Shown: positions 1 to 12,208 of the stretch, piece after piece
Numbering within the stretch: the first letter of the stretch is position 1
Layout of the letters: the number at the start of each line of letters is the position of its first letter
NCBI GenBank assembly: GCA_965637545.1
Contig: OZ281495.1
Location: 31,806,001 to 31,870,000 of the forward strand
DNA length: 64,000 bases
DNA from: Phallusia mammillata
Lineage: Eukaryota
Reading direction: 5' to 3'
Made by a program: the position numbers and the translations under genes
Notes under the pieces: generated by a model
What the model saw: the letters and a program-made list of their open reading frames with translations, nothing else
Database searches by the model: none
Told to the model about the DNA's origin: nothing

Positions 1-457
1 CGCACCAGCAAATAAAAGTTAATGAGGAATCTTATTATTAAAGTTGTGTTTATTGATACAACAACAAAAAGCCACGAACGGAACTATTCTGCGACGTTTG
101 AGAACTCCTGGGCTAATGGGTAAATAAAAGTACTGTAAGCATTTTATAAAAATGTTGGTGTGTTTAGTGTAATTTTTTGATAAAATTCTGCAAACGAGAA
201 GAATAATTATAATCCTATAAAAAAGCAAGTTATATAAGAGACAAAATGGTGCAATGAGACCAGCTGAAATGAACCCCACAAACCTTAAACAAAACTGTTC
301 TGAAATCAGGAAAAGCGATTACTCAGCTTGACTCGTGCTGTAGGTGTTTTTAAACAAGTGATATTAACAGAACAATCTTTTTGGACACGTATTAACTACA
401 ACAGCTTTTGGGCTGACAGGTAGCATATGCGTTTTGTTGACATATAGTAGCCTATAT

Positions 458-977
458 CAGGGATGGCGAACTTTCTTAGTTGAATGGGTCATACACGATA
501 TCAGAATTCGGAAAGAAAACAAAGTGGGTCACATATTTTATTATACGTCAATGTCAATGCTCAGAAGCTTGTTGCTGCATCTTCTCTGTAAGTCTTGCAA
601 TCTTAGGTAGTTTTCAGTTTAAAACACGCAGCAGTCATATCTGAGCTGAGACGTTTCCTGGCACTTGCTTTTATGAAATTCATGTGAAAACAAGGATTCG
701 CATGAATATGTGGAACTGAACAGCGTCAACAAAGTTACAACAAATCAGTTGTACGTTTAAATAAACATATCTGTTGCCTCACAATTGACTCAACAATCTG
801 TATTTTAGACAACAGGCAATCTGGCTTAAAGTTAACTGTTGTGTTGCTTTTTATTCTTGGAAGCCGGATAAACCTACCTATAGTAATCAGTATAAATTTT
901 TGAAACTACAAGTCGGTCACTAAAATTCACGAGGCGGGTCACTTCGTAACCCGCGGGTCACTGGTTCGCCATCCCTG
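458..977. mobile_element. hAT-superfamily (Charlie/Buster-like) MITE, 520 bp, complete
   Basis: Perfect 14-bp TIRs CAGGGATGGCGAAC (458-471) and GTTCGCCATCCCTG (964-977). Identical 8-bp TSD GCCTATAT at 450-457 and 978-985. Subterminal GGGTCAC repeats; no ORF. Confidence 0.93.
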
Positions 978-3360
978 GCCTATATCGTATAGACTAAATT
1001 GGCCTAAACAAATCACCCATCTTTTTGCCGATAACTTAGTTTATATTTTGTTGATTGAAGGAATATTTAACTTATCCTTAAGTTTTAATTTGATCGGTTG
1101 CGAAACAAGCTATAATTGCGTGCATACTCGAATTTTGCATTCCCGAGAAAACAATGTTTCATCTTTCAGGCAAAAATAAACAAACCTACTCTTACATGAT
1201 GTTATGATGTTATATAGAATATGTTCGAAATGAAATAATTCTGTATAAATTATCGGCAAACGATTGCAAGGAGTTTATATGCAACGAGGTGTAATATTTT
1301 AAGAAGGTAAAGTCGGAAATTGGAGAACCCAAACACCTCCTTTTTGATTCGCAATCATGGAGCGGCGCCCACCTCTGCAGAATGGCAATTTTTCTGGTCA
1401 AATCCGTGAAAATTGTTTCCGTATCATTGTTTGCGAGCGGAACTCCAATTTTTACGACCGAATGTGATATCCAACACACAGCGGGGCATGTCTGTATAAG
1501 CAATTACACCGAATTCTTGAGTGACATCTTTCGAATGACCTTCTTCGTCACATTGAAGGACGCCTTGTGATCGGAGAGAGCAACCTCCTACAAAACCAAG
1601 TCGACACTGTGACTTAAAGATCAGATTGAAGCGAATTGGATAGACGCTCTGCTACACCAGGTTGTTCATACTGTTGTCGAATTCTTTATTCCAACCAACT
1701 TTCTGTAAAGAATTTTTCGGATTTCGGGTACGTGAGAATGTGTATTTTTTTGAGAAAAACTGGCATGTTGCGTTGAGTTTTTTCGTTTAAAGTTTGTTGT
1801 TATCTTGTCAAGAAAAGGAGCAAAGTTAAATTTCAAAGTTTTAGGCTTTTTGGTGATTTTTTACAATTAAAAAATAATAATAATGTAAGCTTGCTAATTG
1901 ATGTAGGTTTTCCGCGAATCTGATCTATATAACTTATGTGTAATGTACATAAAGGTAAAGTTTTGTAAGTTAGGTTTGAAACTTTGTAAATTTGTGGCTT
2001 AATTTAAATATACATAACTAAATTTAACTTAAATATAAAATAATTTAAGAAGCAAAAAAATGCAAAAAACAACGTTTTGTTTTAATTTAGTTCAATAACA
2101 ATTTTGTTCCATACTTTAAGCTTGTTTTCGCGTCCGTTTCTAATGAGTTCAAATTATTATGCATCGCCATGAAAATCTAAATTGAATATATGTTGGACAT
2201 GAACATTTAAATTGCTACAGGCGATGAACTGGTCATCCCGAAATGTCAAAATATATTAGCTCACGACTCCGGTGATTCCCCCATTTTGCGGTGACGCGAT
2301 CACGAAAAATATCGGATTTTCCAAACGACTTTAAAACCGCGCGAAGGATCGTGACTGGCTTGTTGAATAGTTGTAGAAACCGCGCAGAGGTTATTAAAAG
2401 CGCAAGACGGCGGCACCAAGATCTACATAAACATCAATGACGACTGAATCAATACTTGTGCGGGTTCGGAAAAAGTCCTGATGCAAAACAGAAGCGCCAC
2501 GAGAGTCCTCGATGTGACCACAGTCACAAGTATTTGCTCAATTCAAGACTTGTCGAGTGTCATTGCTATTTCTAATATCGCTCGAAACTCAGCCTTGAAG
2601 GTCACAGTGGAATCTAAAGGAGAGGAAATGTTACTGGGGCAGTTTGATTGACAGTTAACAGAGCGATCGATTACGTAGTTGTAAGATTTGTCTTCGGGTA
2701 AAAACAGCTTTAAGTAAGGGATTTTGTTCAATATTTTTTGAAAAATCATACGACAATTTGCATTAAGATATCACATTTTTGGCAACATAGATGGACTTAT
2801 TTTGCGACCAAGTCACTGAACGACCCATAAGCGCTTCTTCAGACCTTGCCTTATGTAACGTCTATAGTATGTAAATCGTATCAGAACCTTCCATCACACA
2901 TTTCAGTGTCTGCGTCGGAAACTCATGACAAAGACAAGGTGATAGCAAAAACATTAAAGTTTAATATTGTAAAATTGGTTGATAAAAAAATACAACAATT
3001 AATAATTGAGTCCAGCAGCAAAAGTTTATCCTATAACTTTCAGGTTTGAGAGTTACAAACATTTTCTCAATTAATTATTATCAATCAGACCAACATACGA
3101 AAAGAAATATTTTTGCCCTAGTTTCTTGACGGGACTTTCATTCAGTTTTAATGTTGTAAAACAGAAAACTCTCCTAAATAATCATTCAAAATTATTGTTA
3201 CCAAGTGGTTTAAATTTAACAAATTTGTTTGTTCAGCATTACACCAGTTGAACGACAAATTTGTTAAATATGCAACCTGGTGGACGAAACGCCTGTTCAG
3301 TATTTTCTATGATCAGAAGTGGTTTAAAGTTGTGGACCTAAGAAATTATGCTTTTGCAAG

Positions 3361-3695
3361 TCTAACAAAAACTGGCGACCAAAAACGTGTCAGGCGGTCC
3401 AACCAGTGCTGGATTAACCTATAAGCAATATAAGCACGTGCTTAGGGCATCAAGTAAAGGAGGGGCACCACAGAAATGGTTTCTAGGTAAATTATTAAAT
3501 CTAACAAAAAACTACAACTATATTCAAAATCTAATGAAAATGAATAAGTTCTGTTTATAAAGCGAGAAAATAAAATAAAATAACTGACAAAAGGGATTGA
3601 TTGCGTGCTATATGACGTAACAACGTTGCGTTGTTCTGTTTGTTACAACCTAAAACAGGCGGTCCAATAAAAACGTGTCAGGCGGTCCAACACTG
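3361..3695. mobile_element. Degenerate MITE with CAGTGCTGGA/TCCAACACTG termini, preceded by a duplicated 3' fragment
   Basis: CAGTGCTGGATTAACC at 3404 and TCCAACACTG ending 3695 (9/10 inverted match). The 23-bp AAAAACGTGTCAGGCGGTCCAAC occurs at 3381-3403 and 3669-3691. No matching TSD. Confidence 0.45.
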
Positions 3696-4235
3696 AATTG
3701 AAACACCGCCACTTCGATCGTATTCTAAGGGTTTGTTGCGCTATTGAACAGGGAAATAATACATCACATCTCCTGGTCCGTGTATGCTCCGCGACAACGC
3801 ACTGCATGTCAAGTTAACTTTGTTAGTTACGTACAAGGCTTACACAAGTGCAGTTGTGGTTGTATAAAAAGTTTTGTGCGGTGATGAAAAGTCGCTGTTG
3901 ATAACCTTGCTAATTTGCCATCAACTGTTTTTCAGAAGTACAAATATTCGAATCGGAAAAAACACACAAAATAGTTAGAAAGGTAAAGATGTATCATCGT
4001 TTATAGGCAGGACAGGAAAAATGATTGAAACACAGTAAGCTATTTCAGTCAATTTAAAGGTATCAATTGAAGCAGTAACATTCGCGAAAACAACTTGACG
4101 CAACTATTGCAGGACTTTAAGGATAAACAAATTTTGTCAGAGGCAATTACGCGGCTCTAACTTTGAAATAGTTTCATCAGATTGAAAATATCTTGGACAA
4201 AAACAAAGTGATGTAGAATAAAACGCAAACATTTT

Positions 4236-4278
4236 ATTGAGCAAACGTTTCGGACAAAACAATTGTCATCATCAGTGA
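4236..4278 (-). ncRNA. Minimal type I hammerhead ribozyme motif (Penelope-like 3' end)
   Basis: Minus strand reads TCA-CTGATGA-T-GACAATTGTTTTGTCC-GAAACGTT-TG followed by AATAAA. Core CUGAUGA and GAAA are intact, with palindromic ACGT stem III. Stem II is imperfect and stem I has only 2 bp. Confidence 0.6.
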
Positions 4279-4940
4279 AAATAGTGCGTTTTGTCAAAAT
4301 ATAATGTCTGCGCTTCACTTCGCACCGCTGGCAATTTTTTTGGTAAAGCTACTCTTCAAGTCCGTGTTTTGTGTCATAAATGTCGCACAACTGCAACACA
4401 GCAGGCGGAGACTTCTAGGTCACATGTCGTTCTTCAGACACTGATGGGAATGAAACGCTTAACCGCGTACCTTGGCACAAACGTCAGCACATTATCCGGG
4501 GCGGTCAAATATTTTCCACAGCTTGGCGCAAAACGAGGCGACAACGGACGTTTAAATTCGCTTCAAAGTCCCATCGGGTTTCAGCGAATTTTCCCAGCGG
4601 GTTCGAAAATCCGCGTGCCGCTAGGTGACGCGCTTGTGACAAACAGGTGAAGAGCGATCGTGACGCGCGATCGTGAGGTAACAATGCCAGATCGCGTTCG
4701 AATATTCGAAATGCCATGGGAACATTCGCGATAACGACACTCTATAATTTGATTAGGTTCGATGTTGAGTAGGAGGTTCATGGCGGTCTAGGGAGGAGAG
4801 AAGACGTGTTGTTATGGGAACTGAACTGACACGTCGCTCTTCCTCATTGGCGTCGTGAATCAGTAAAAGATTTGATGTCAGTAAAGTTGTGCAAAAAAAG
4901 TTAGTAGCGAAAAGGTTTTTTTCATGGTCACATACGAACA

Positions 4941-5009
4941 TGACGTCGCAATCCGATTATGACTTTACAATCTGAACCTGACGTCACAATCTGAATATGA
5001 CGTCAAACC
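4941..5009 (+). repeat. 19-bp minisatellite (~3.5 units) carrying CRE-like TGACGTCA motifs
   Basis: Units start at 4941, 4960, 4979 and 4998 (consensus TGACGTCACAATCTGAATA). Confidence 0.75.
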
Positions 5010-7017
5010 ATTTAACCAACTTGGGGCCATAGAAAACATTTCATTTTGCCATGACTTATTGTAATGATCTCCTCTTCGGACAACAAACTGTTTGGAATTT
5101 TGTCATTTTGTCGAGCAGTACGCAACAAACATATTAAAACAGAGAGCACAAAAGTCTTGTTTTTTGTAAGTCACAAATTGTTACCAACTGTAGAACATCA
5201 GGTTACGCTCGCAATGCATTTAATCTCTGCGAACATACGAAAGAACCGTTTTGGCACGAAAACATACGTTTTGGATGAGAGGGAAGCATTTTGTCCGGCG
5301 ACACAGAGTCGCTAGGCAGTTGTCGTTTCACGCATCCACCGTCAGCATTAGACGTCCCAGTGGTGGCATTTACGTATGTAGAACGGTGTCCGTACAATTA
5401 AGCTTGCTCTTATGGGAATTAACTAGGTCTTGTTCGAAAGGCTTCGTGGTCTGTTGGTTTGTCGACACCAATGTGTTAATGATAAGTGAAAATGTAGCGC
5501 TCAATGTCTGCAATGTCTGATGGAAATTGTTAACTCTTATATATAGTTAATTTCCGAATACGGCGCTTCCTTCAGTATTGACAGATTAAATTGTGGCACC
5601 TAACATGTTTTGACTTATGTATGAAGTTTGGATGCAATATACATTCCTTGTTAAATTTAAAACCAACAACTTGGGACGAAAGTGTGATTTTTATTTGTTC
5701 AGTTTAAATTTTACACATAAAATTGCTGCAGGATTCACAATCCACATATTTCGGCTGATTCTTGTTGTTTTGTTTGCAATTCCAAAACCAAACCATCATA
5801 TTTGTGGTGTTTCAATTTGTAAATGGCTGTGGCAATAAGCTTTAATTTATTGATGCCAAAGAGAAACGTAGAGGAAATGTAATGTTGTCACAATACAAAC
5901 ATTACGATAAGTTTCCTACATACAAGCACTGGCGGTTTTGTTTTTGGTCAGGATCTTGTAGCATAACGAATTTCTACCTTGTATGCCAGAGTAGTTTTAT
6001 GTTAAAATTTACCGAGCAAGACTTAACAACTAACACTGAAAGCGAAACAAAACAGCATTGTAATCTTTTAGTGCTTAAACTTGCTGCCTTGCTTCAGCTA
6101 CAACCAGGATTATTAACTTGACAAACGCACAACTTCTGGCAAGTAGAGATTTAAACAAGAATCGAGTTAATCTCGGAGACAAGCGTGACACCCCTAATCT
6201 CTAAACCCCGGTAGGTCGCGGACCTATTTGGAGCCTCCGTAGCCTCACTTCTAACCCCATGGGTTAAATGTGAAACGCATCCCGGTTGGAACTTCTCGCG
6301 TTGTTTGTTTAGAGTCAAGAACCGTAGGGGGCAATTACTGGGGGTGATATTGAGGGGGAGGGGTTGTAAGGCGAACAAGTGAAAGTTAATACAAGAGCAA
6401 CGGGGTGGTCGTAGGTACAAAAGTAGGGTGAAAAAAAACTGGGGTGTCCGCAAATACTTTCACCCCTAATCCGTCTAAACTGGCTCGTCGCTGTCCGGGC
6501 GTCATCGACATGCGTCACTTATGCGTTGATGCGTGGCGATCTCGGTAACCAATCCCCGCGTGGCAAATGCGACGGAGAAGCTGTAGCGAGTGACGATTGA
6601 TCAAACCGACCCAGGACCGAGCGAGGTCCTTTTATGGCGCCCGTTTGCGCTACGACGGCCAGGAATCTCTCGGTTTTTGAGCCAAAGCAGATCATAGTCG
6701 GTTTTTGCGTCTCCCCCCAGCTTTAACAATGTAAACATTAATCTTGCCCCGGCGTTAACGCGAAGTTCGTCCGCCTCTTGTTTGAGATATTCGAGACTTC
6801 AAAGAGATTTATTTTTCTTGTAGATATCATTCGGTGACACTTTGCTAAGATTCAAAGTGATTTGAGCCTGCACAAAAAATTTGACTCCCAAATTGTTCAA
6901 GGACCAAATTGTTGGTGATTGAAATCTTAAACAGCATTGATTCTAAACATGATGGTTTGCTTAACTTCGAAAAATTAATCTGTTCGTTTAAAACCAATAA
7001 GCACATAAATGGTATAT

Positions 7018-7142
7018 AAGCTATTGCTGCCAGGCATAATATCAAGTTTGTAGAGTTCTTCTGGTCAATGAAATTTTATTCCGGCGTCTCGACGTCCTTA
7101 TACAGGTCGTCTTCATCAGGGTAAATAACACTGAATGCGACT
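7018..7142 (-). mobile_element. ~125-nt HHR-bearing non-autonomous retroelement (Penelope-like), full-length copy
   Basis: 15-bp TSD ACATAAATGGTATAT at 7003-7017 and 7143-7157. Minus strand reads CTGATGA-A-GACGACCTGTATAAGGACGTC-GAGACGCCGG (GAAA mutated), then a tail CCAGAAGAACTCTACAAACTTGATATTATGCCTGGCAGCAATAGCTT shared with 14206-14255 and 17081-17128. Confidence 0.85.
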
Positions 7143-7198
7143 ACATAAATGGTATATGGCATAAAATATAAAGGCATCAAGCTAATAAATGATAATTA

Positions 7199-7248
7199 AG
7201 TTGCAGACAGTGCTCACTGTTTCGACTTATATTTTGTCACTAGCTGCA
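7199..7248 (-). ncRNA. Degenerate antisense hammerhead copy, head-to-head with the 7242-7298 HHR
   Basis: Minus strand reads TGCAG-CTAGTGA-CAAAATATAAGTC-GAAACAG-TGAGCA-CTGTC-TGCA. Stem III and the GUC site are kept, but the core is mutated (CUAGUGA). Confidence 0.65.
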
Positions 7249-7298
7249 CTGATGAGACCTTATAGGTCGAAACAGAAACAGATGCACTGTCTGAGGCT
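7242..7298 (+). ncRNA. Complete type I hammerhead ribozyme
   Basis: CUGAUGA at 7249-7255. Stem II GACC/GGUC (7256-7268). GAAA at 7269-7272. Stem III ACAG/CUGU. GUC triplet with predicted cleavage after C7291. Stem I AGCUGCA/UGAGGCU has 6 of 7 pairs. Confidence 0.85.
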
Positions 7299-10200
7299 TA
7301 CTTGGTATATGACATGTTCGCATTTCCCATTTCAATGAAATTAGCTTTGGACAAAAGCTGTTGGTCCAATACTTGCGCGTCAGTAACAATTAAAGCAGTC
7401 AGCTTGTCGTTAAGGCAAGTTTCCAGTTTTGAAAGACATGCAACTCTATACATGGGCTGTGCAGTATTTTACGAGCCAATTTGTCTTGTTCAATATCTAT
7501 AGCTGATAAATTCTTGGTATAATATCAACTGCGTTCATTTTACTTGGCAACAGTAGAATTATCAGTTGACCAACGTCAAGAAATGCGATATTTACGTAAA
7601 TTCACTCAGAATAGATTCAACCAGTTGATAACAAAGTTGTCAAAATTTCGGGCAGAAGTGATTGATGTGATGCTAATAGGATTAGGGCACACCAAAATAT
7701 TTGTGGCATGAACACTGTTTTGTACAAGGGTGCAAAAATTCGGTGACCTTGGAGGATTGAAGGTCACAATGAAGTGAAACAAATATATTTTTCGCAAAGG
7801 TAAAATGGGTTCAGGTTACCGTGTTAAACATACTAAGTATGAATACGTTTGCAACTAATTTACAGGCATTTCAAAAACAACAGAATAGTACTTTCTGTAG
7901 GTTAAAGATAAAATTTGCGCAACCCCGAAATTTGTCATCATAAAAATGTCCTAGATTTTGAAGAAAAATATATTTTTATCTGATCAATCTAGCCTTATAT
8001 ACGTCACAAGCGTAGGTTGTGATGTAACAAGCAGACCAAAAACTTGCCGTAGTTTACAAAGTGGAACAGTTGCTTTCAATGCATGTCCGTATTTGGAGTA
8101 GCTGCACTGATTGCATTCCGGTCCGCGGGCAGTCAAAACAATACGATGAAGTGAGGTGAGGTTGACAAGGACAGTCAACAGTTGAGAGTCAAATTATCAA
8201 AACAACGCCGCCCGTGGGACGCCTCATTACCGCGGCCGACTAGAACAGAAAGTCGGGATCCTAAAAACTTTGCAAAATAATTTGTCGAGGAGTGTTTGTG
8301 GCCAGGTTTACATAGCGGTTCCATAAAGGTACACCATGTATTCAATGGTAATGAACATTGAGAAACTGTTAGTGGTGGAGCTGATGGTTTAAAGTTGAGC
8401 ATTTCTATTAGCATGTTAAGAGGTAAAACTAGACTGTATGGAGCGCACAAACTTGTGCAGTTGTTCATTGTAAATGTCATTGTGAAAGCTCGATTCAGAT
8501 TTTCAAGAGTGGTAGGTAACAAGTGATACATGTGCGATAGTTGACGGTGCAAGGCTCGTTTGGAACCCAGTGAAAGTTTCAAAGCGTCATGAATTCCGCT
8601 TTAGTCGTGCAAAGCAGGGCAAATGAAAAATGATACAACGATTGCGCGAAGACTATTGGAACCAAACTTTTGGGGCACATATAAGCGCTGCACTTGATTG
8701 CATGAAGCTCGTTTGGCAACCCTCTCTATGTGTAAATACAGGCGAAACAGTTGAAAGCGCAAAGCTTGCTAAGTGCACTGGTCATTTACCAACGTTTCAT
8801 CGTTATGCAGGAGGCAGAATTCATGTCCATGTTGCAATAAGGACTCACAACGCCTCCTGTGGCGAGTTGTAGTTTGTAATGTGAAGGTATTCTGTCAATT
8901 TTGCAAGCTATGTGTGAGAGAATTTGAAAACAAAACGGATTTTCGGTCGCAGGTACACGTTTCTAGATATCGTTTGTGTGTGTACAAATGGGACAACTTA
9001 GGAGCATGAATACCGAGACTGTTGGACGTTCACACAAGTTTAATAAGACAGCAGCCGTTTGGCAAAGTGTTTTCGAAAAATATTGTGCATTAAGAACAAA
9101 ATTGTTTCGTGAAAAAAAATACTTGCAGGTTGTACAAAACATAAAATGCCCTAGATGTAAATATGTAGATGTAAGACAGACTGATTAACGAAAATAATAT
9201 TAACTTACGGTTAATGACCTTGTCTAGCTTTTTTTTTAACTGAAGTCATGGTAACTAAATATTTGACGTTTTAATGGGATTTTAATAATTGCTTCAGGGC
9301 TAATCTTGCAAGTGTATTATCGTGTATCATATAATGGCGAAAAATCTTTTAAAATCGGAAGTAACAGATCGTGATTGCTGAGATCGGAACAACGACCGAC
9401 ATTTGCCGAAGTTAGAGCGTTTTTTCCCCGGTGTAAGATTGCTTTTTTCACAGCGTCGCGCAAATCGCGTAACCGTCATTGTCGCAACAGTCTCTATGCC
9501 CCATTGTGACGAAGTTGAAACATTCCGATGTGATCTGTCGGAAAGAACAGTCCAAAGCGGTTAAAACCCGTGTCCGGCGAGCATAGACAATTATCAACAT
9601 ACTCAGCTGCATTGGATTACGCAAAATTCGTTTTTTGAGAGAAGCGAAATCATTTTGCACCCGTGCGTAGGAAAGTCGCAAAACATGACGTCTAGACGCG
9701 CGTTACTTTCGCTTGAGCAGGCAGGACTGGTCCGGTAGTTTAGCTCCGGGTTCGGTTCGGGTTTGACAGAGAGAGAGCCTTGTTGCAGAGACTTGAGATT
9801 ATGCTTGTTGACCGGAGCGTAAATGCTGAAGAGGAATTTTGTGATTGTTTGTTTGTTGTTGTTGTTTTGTTTTTCTTGAGATTTTTGTTTTGAAAGCTAA
9901 ACCCGCTGCACGCAGGCTGAGGTAAAGTTTGTAATTAGCCTTTGTTCATTTGCAAGTTTTGCGTAACTGTCTATTTGCATCAACAACAACAAAACGCCAA
10001 CCTGACCTAGTAGCGAAAGTTTTTTTTTTTCGTTGTTTATATAGTCGGAAGCATTTCTGAGAAAATCCTACGCACATTAAATCGTTAATTCAAATTTTCT
10101 TTACCAAATTCTAGTTTACGTTTTTTTGCCTCACAAAAGAATCTGCGACTTTTTTAATTGACCTTAAACGGGTCGCAAAGAAAAATAACAATTTCGCAAG

Positions 10201-11075
10201 CCAAGTGCGAACACTTTAGAGTCGCGATATTGTTTATGTAGGCGTCAAAAATTCGAGATCAGCGTCGCCGTTGATTACAGCGAGAGTTTTAATTGAGAAA
10301 CTGTCGCACTTTCTCTACGTCGCCATTTTGCGCCGTAATCGTATTTTGCGTGGGAACTGTCTGGTGTTGTCGCTCAGTGAACTTGGGTGACAAAAACCCA
10401 AACAGGATTTAAAGTTTAACAAGGGTTTCTAGTTTTGTTTATTTTAAAACCAAAATGTAAACAATCATTCTTATGTGAAGCTTGGCGAAAGCAAAAATCT
10501 ATTGATTGGCTATATTTGTATTTTTTGTGGTTGTGTGTGTAATTTACATTACTATTTAGTTTAATTATTTTCGCTACAAAGGGAACTATCTTATTGGTAA
10601 ACAAATTGAAAGAGATTTGTTAAAAACGTTTTGTTGATATTTTAACATTTTATTGAGATTAATGAAAAAATGGACGAGCATGGCAGTGAATTGTAAATAC
10701 CTATAAAAATTATGTAAACAGTTTAAGCAGTTGCCCACAAATAAATCCTTGCACACGCGATCGCTTACAGCTTGGAATGTTGATCTAAAAACACATTTGC
10801 AGCGTTGCAAACGAACGTCAAACTGTAAGGTTTTGTGCGCCACGAAGCAGTTGCCTTTTGCGCCGGTTTTATGAGTGTTAAAAATTGTTTCGATTAGTAA
10901 ATATTTTATTAAAGGTGTTTGGGTATGTATGTTTTGCTAAAAATATTTAAATAAAGTCGTTTGTTCAGATTTTAAAGTTTTTAACGTCTTGAAATGTCCA
11001 ATCGGTTACAAAATAATTGCTTAAAATATTTTACTACGCTTCGAAGAATAGGCTACCGAAGAAACTGGCTACTAG

Positions 11076-11229
11076 AAGTGGTGTGACAAGGTTTAGTGGT
11101 ATACCGTGATTAGATTTTAAGCTTTGCTTTTACAAAAAGACTTTTGCACAATCGCTAAATTTGTATGTTGCTAAAAAAGTCTTTAATTTTACCTTACAAA
11201 GTACAAGTGGTGTGACAAGGTTTAGTGGT
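11076..11229. repeat. 25-bp exact direct repeat flanking a 104-bp AT-rich insert
   Basis: AAGTGGTGTGACAAGGTTTAGTGGT at 11076-11100 and 11205-11229. Confidence 0.8.
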
Positions 11230-11781
11230 GCAAGTAGAGTTGGCATTTCGCAGTCTCTCTCCTCCCAAAGGTCCCGACACTCGATGTAAACTTCGCCTGG
11301 ACGCTTCACAATGAAATCGCTGTTGAAATAGAACAGGCGAGCTAACCAGGAATTTATCCGATTATCGAACTAAGCGTGACCACTCTATCAATTCGTCACC
11401 CACCCTTTGTAAACTGTGACCAATTTAACCCTAACCTTTCATTTTCCCCACTAAGTTACATAAATGCCGATAAAGAGATAAACTATTCTTGACAATGAAT
11501 TGAGGCTTGTTATGTCATTGTGAGATTGATGCTGTAATAATGCATTTCCGATTTCTGTGGCAAATTTAATGGTGGATTTTTCTTTTTTTGTAAACTGATT
11601 CATAAAATTATCGAGTAAAATAAAACATATGAATCAATATACTTGTGTAAACCATTTTTCTAAACAATATTTCTGACAAATAACAAAATGATATAAACAG
11701 TTTTTTTTTTGTAAAAACAGCTTTGAGTTGATTTTGTTTTGTGATTTTATTTCACAATCAGCGTTTGTAGGTGTCTGGGGG

Positions 11782-12208
11782 ATTTGTTGGTTATAACAAG
11801 CTTAAACATTTATGTGGGAACAATATTTAAACTTGGGTATACATTGTTTGGTTTAAAATCGGTTTTACAATTTTTTTGAACAAATTTTGTTGTTGTTTTA
11901 AACCAGCAATGTAATTTAATTAAAGAAATTTGTTGGTTATAACAAGCTTAAACATTTATGTGGGAACAATATTTAAACATGGGTATACATTGTTTGGTTT
12001 AAAATCGGTTTTACAATTTTTTTTTGAACAAATTTTGTTGTTGTTTTAAACCAGCAATGTAATTTAATTAAAGAAATTTGTTGGTTATAACAAGCTTAAA
12101 CATTTATGTGGGAACAATATTTAAACATGGGTGCACATTGTTTGGTTGTAAATAAGATTTAAATAAATTTGTTTATTGTTTTGTACCAACAATGTAATTT
12201 AATTAAAT
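11782..12208. repeat. ~146-bp tandem satellite, ~2.9 copies
   Basis: Unit ATTTGTTGGTTATAACAAGCTTAAACATTTATGTGGGAAC... starts at 11782, 11928 and 12076. The first two copies are near-identical. Confidence 0.95.

Noticed and set aside
1210-3049. Short ORFs at 1210-1570 and 2543-3049, and similar 60-130-aa ORFs throughout 5-45 kb (e.g. 16289-16681, 41979-42287)
   Set aside because: No recognisable domains or consistent splice chains; lengths are compatible with chance, many with non-ATG starts.
11782-12208. CRISPR-like regular repeats
   Set aside because: Whole units repeat with no unique spacers, there are no cas genes, and the context is eukaryotic.
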